A stretch of 64,000 bases of DNA from NCBI RefSeq assembly GCF_988243305.1, contig NZ_OZ547136.1; one strand, 5' to 3'. The notes under the pieces were generated by a model that saw only the letters and a list, made by a program, of their open reading frames with translations, was not told the DNA's origin and did not search any database. Below, piece by piece: positions 62,533 to 64,000 of the stretch. Every line of letters begins with the position of its first letter. The stretch's first letter is position 1. The translations under genes were made by a program, and so were the position numbers.

Positions 62533-63420
62533 ATGATTGATTTACGCCAACTGAAGTACTTCGTGGTGGTCGCAGAAGAAGAGCACGTGGGACGCGCAGC
62601 CGAGCGATTACATATCTCGCAATCACCGCTGAGCCGCCAGATTGCACAACTGGAAGAACGACTGGGGCTGACGCTGTTTGAGCGTAATCAGCAGCGCATT
62701 CGCCTGACCGCTGATGGACAGACATTCCTTGCCGAAACACGTTCGTTGCTGACACACGCCAACCGCCTGGAGTCGTTAGGCAAACGCCTGGGACGGGGGG
62801 AAGATGGGGGCTTGTGTATTGGCTATATCGAAAACGCCATGCATTCCGGTGTACTTTCTACGGCGCTACGTACGTTACGTGTATCGCGTCCGAATGTGCA
62901 TATCGCTCTTTACAGCCAACCACCGGCTACCCAGATTGAAGGCCTGCGCCAGCGCAGTCTCGATTTTTCTCTGGTCGATACGCCGCCCACCGACAGCGAG
63001 CAGGATCTTGAATATATTCAGGTTCTGGATGATCGAATGTTGTTGGCCTTACCGCAAAATCATCCTCTGGCGCAGGAGGAAAACCTTGTCGCGTCACAAC
63101 TTGGCGATGAGCAGTGGATTGCGGTGATTCATAACGACGATGCGCATTTTCGCGATCATTTTGTCGCCGCCTGTGTTAACGCCGGGTTTAATCCTGATAT
63201 TCGCCTGGAAGCGGGTGAACCCCTCACGGCATTAGGTTTGGTCGCTGCGGGATTAGGTCTGGCCTTAATTCAACATAGTCTGCGTCATAATGCGCCGGAA
63301 GGGGTGGTATTACGTGAATTGCCGTGGATGAATTATTCAACGCAATTATGGGCAGCCTGGCATAAAGCCAACCAACGTCCGCTGGTTTCCCATTTCCGCC
63401 AGATTTTGCGCGGTGAATAA
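62533..63420 (+). CDS. LysR-family transcriptional regulator (divergent from the AKR-SDR genes), about 295 aa
   Basis: Start set at MIDLRQLKYFVVVAEEEHVGRAAERLHISQSPLSRQI (LysR HTH); ORF track extends to 62440. Confidence 0.85.
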   Translation: MIDLRQLKYFVVVAEEEHVGRAAERLHISQSPLSRQIAQLEERLGLTLFERNQQRIRLTADGQTFLAETRSLLTHANRLESLGKRLGRGEDGGLCIGYIENAMHSGVLSTALRTLRVSRPNVHIALYSQPPATQIEGLRQRSLDFSLVDTPPTDSEQDLEYIQVLDDRMLLALPQNHPLAQEENLVASQLGDEQWIAVIHNDDAHFRDHFVAACVNAGFNPDIRLEAGEPLTALGLVAAGLGLALIQHSLRHNAPEGVVLRELPWMNYSTQLWAAWHKANQRPLVSHFRQILRGE

Positions 63421-63479
63421 AACGTTAAGCGGGAACCATGAGTTCCCGCTTGATTTGAGATGTCAGTCCGCATCTGAGC

Positions 63480-63570
63480 TAATACGCTTAAAGAAAATTC
63501 TGGCTTTTCCGGGGACTAATCATTTAACTAATACCGGATGCGATGCTGGCGCGCCGCACCCGGCATTTTA
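63480..63570. repeat. REP-like palindromic sequence downstream of the LysR gene
   Basis: TACCGGATGCGATGCTGGCGCGCCGCACCCGGCAT resembles REP units; sits between convergent genes. Confidence 0.35.
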
Positions 63571-63574
63571 CGCA

Positions 63575-64000
63575 TTACTTCGCAATACGCTTGTACTTGA
63601 TACGCTTCGGCTCCAGCGCGTCTGCGCCCAGCGTGCGTTTTTTGTACTCTTCGTACTCGGTAAAGTTACCTTCGAAGAACTCAACTTTACCTTCATCCTG
63701 GTAGTCCAGGATGTGCGTGGCGATACGGTCGAGGAACCAACGGTCGTGCGAGATAACCATCGCACAGCCCGGGAACTCCAGCAGGGCGTTTTCCAGCGCG
63801 CGCAGGGTTTCGATATCCAGGTCGTTGGTTGGTTCGTCGAGCAGCAACATGTTGCCGCCAACTTGCAGCAGCTTCGCCAGATGCAGACGACCGCGCTCAC
63901 CGCCGGAAAGTTCGCCAACGCGTTTACCCTGATCAACCCCTTTAAAGTTAAAGCGGCCAACGTAGGCGCGGCTTGGCATCTCGGTGTTGCCGATCTTCAT
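63575..64000 (-). CDS. ettA: Energy-dependent translational throttle ABC-F ATPase EttA (YjjK), C-terminal part; 5' end outside window
   Basis: Translation ...VGELSGGERGRLHLAKLLQVGGNMLLLDEPTNDLDIETLRALENALLEFPGCAMVISHDRWFLDRIATHILDYQDEGKVEFFEGNFTEYEEYKKRTLGADALEPKRIKYKRIAK matches the recalled EttA C-terminus. Confidence 0.9.
   Translation of the reverse strand: MKIGNTEMPSRAYVGRFNFKGVDQGKRVGELSGGERGRLHLAKLLQVGGNMLLLDEPTNDLDIETLRALENALLEFPGCAMVISHDRWFLDRIATHILDYQDEGKVEFFEGNFTEYEEYKKRTLGADALEPKRIKYKRIAK

Overview
This 64 kb window reads as an Escherichia coli-type chromosomal segment: a conserved backbone (yjiA-yjiX-btsT, tsr, lgoTRD, opgB, yjjA, dnaCT, yjjBP, yjjQ-bglJ, fhuF, yjjZ, three tRNA-Leu genes, rsmC, holD, rimI, yjjG, prfC, osmY, ytjA, yjjUV, yjjWI, deoCABD, yjjJ, lplA, ytjB, serB, radA, nadR, ettA) interrupted by three accessory segments. 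(1) Positions 1-6970, the immigration-control region: a type I R-M pair (hsdS truncated by the window edge, and an unusually long hsdM), followed on the opposite strand by a DUF262/DUF1524 (GmrSD-like) nuclease gene, a tightly linked Fic/Doc-fold gene whose catalytic His appears replaced by Gln, and an orphan BrnA-like antitoxin gene. This module is my lead candidate for an undescribed defence system. (2) Positions 10.7-22.7 kb: a complete 4-hydroxyphenylacetate (hpa) catabolic cluster inserted between btsT and tsr, with an extra secreted MBL-fold hydrolase gene between hpaA and hpaBC. (3) Positions 59.3-63.6 kb: a nadR-ettA insert carrying DUF1471, SRPBCC, SDR, aldo/keto reductase and LysR genes plus gene remnants. 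All family and gene assignments come from reading the supplied ORF translations and recalling known proteins and motifs; no database search, HMM or alignment was run. Gene starts were moved off the ORF-track maxima where a known N-terminus or a Shine-Dalgarno sequence supported it. Coordinates of short motifs read by eye from the raw sequence may be off by 1-2 nt.
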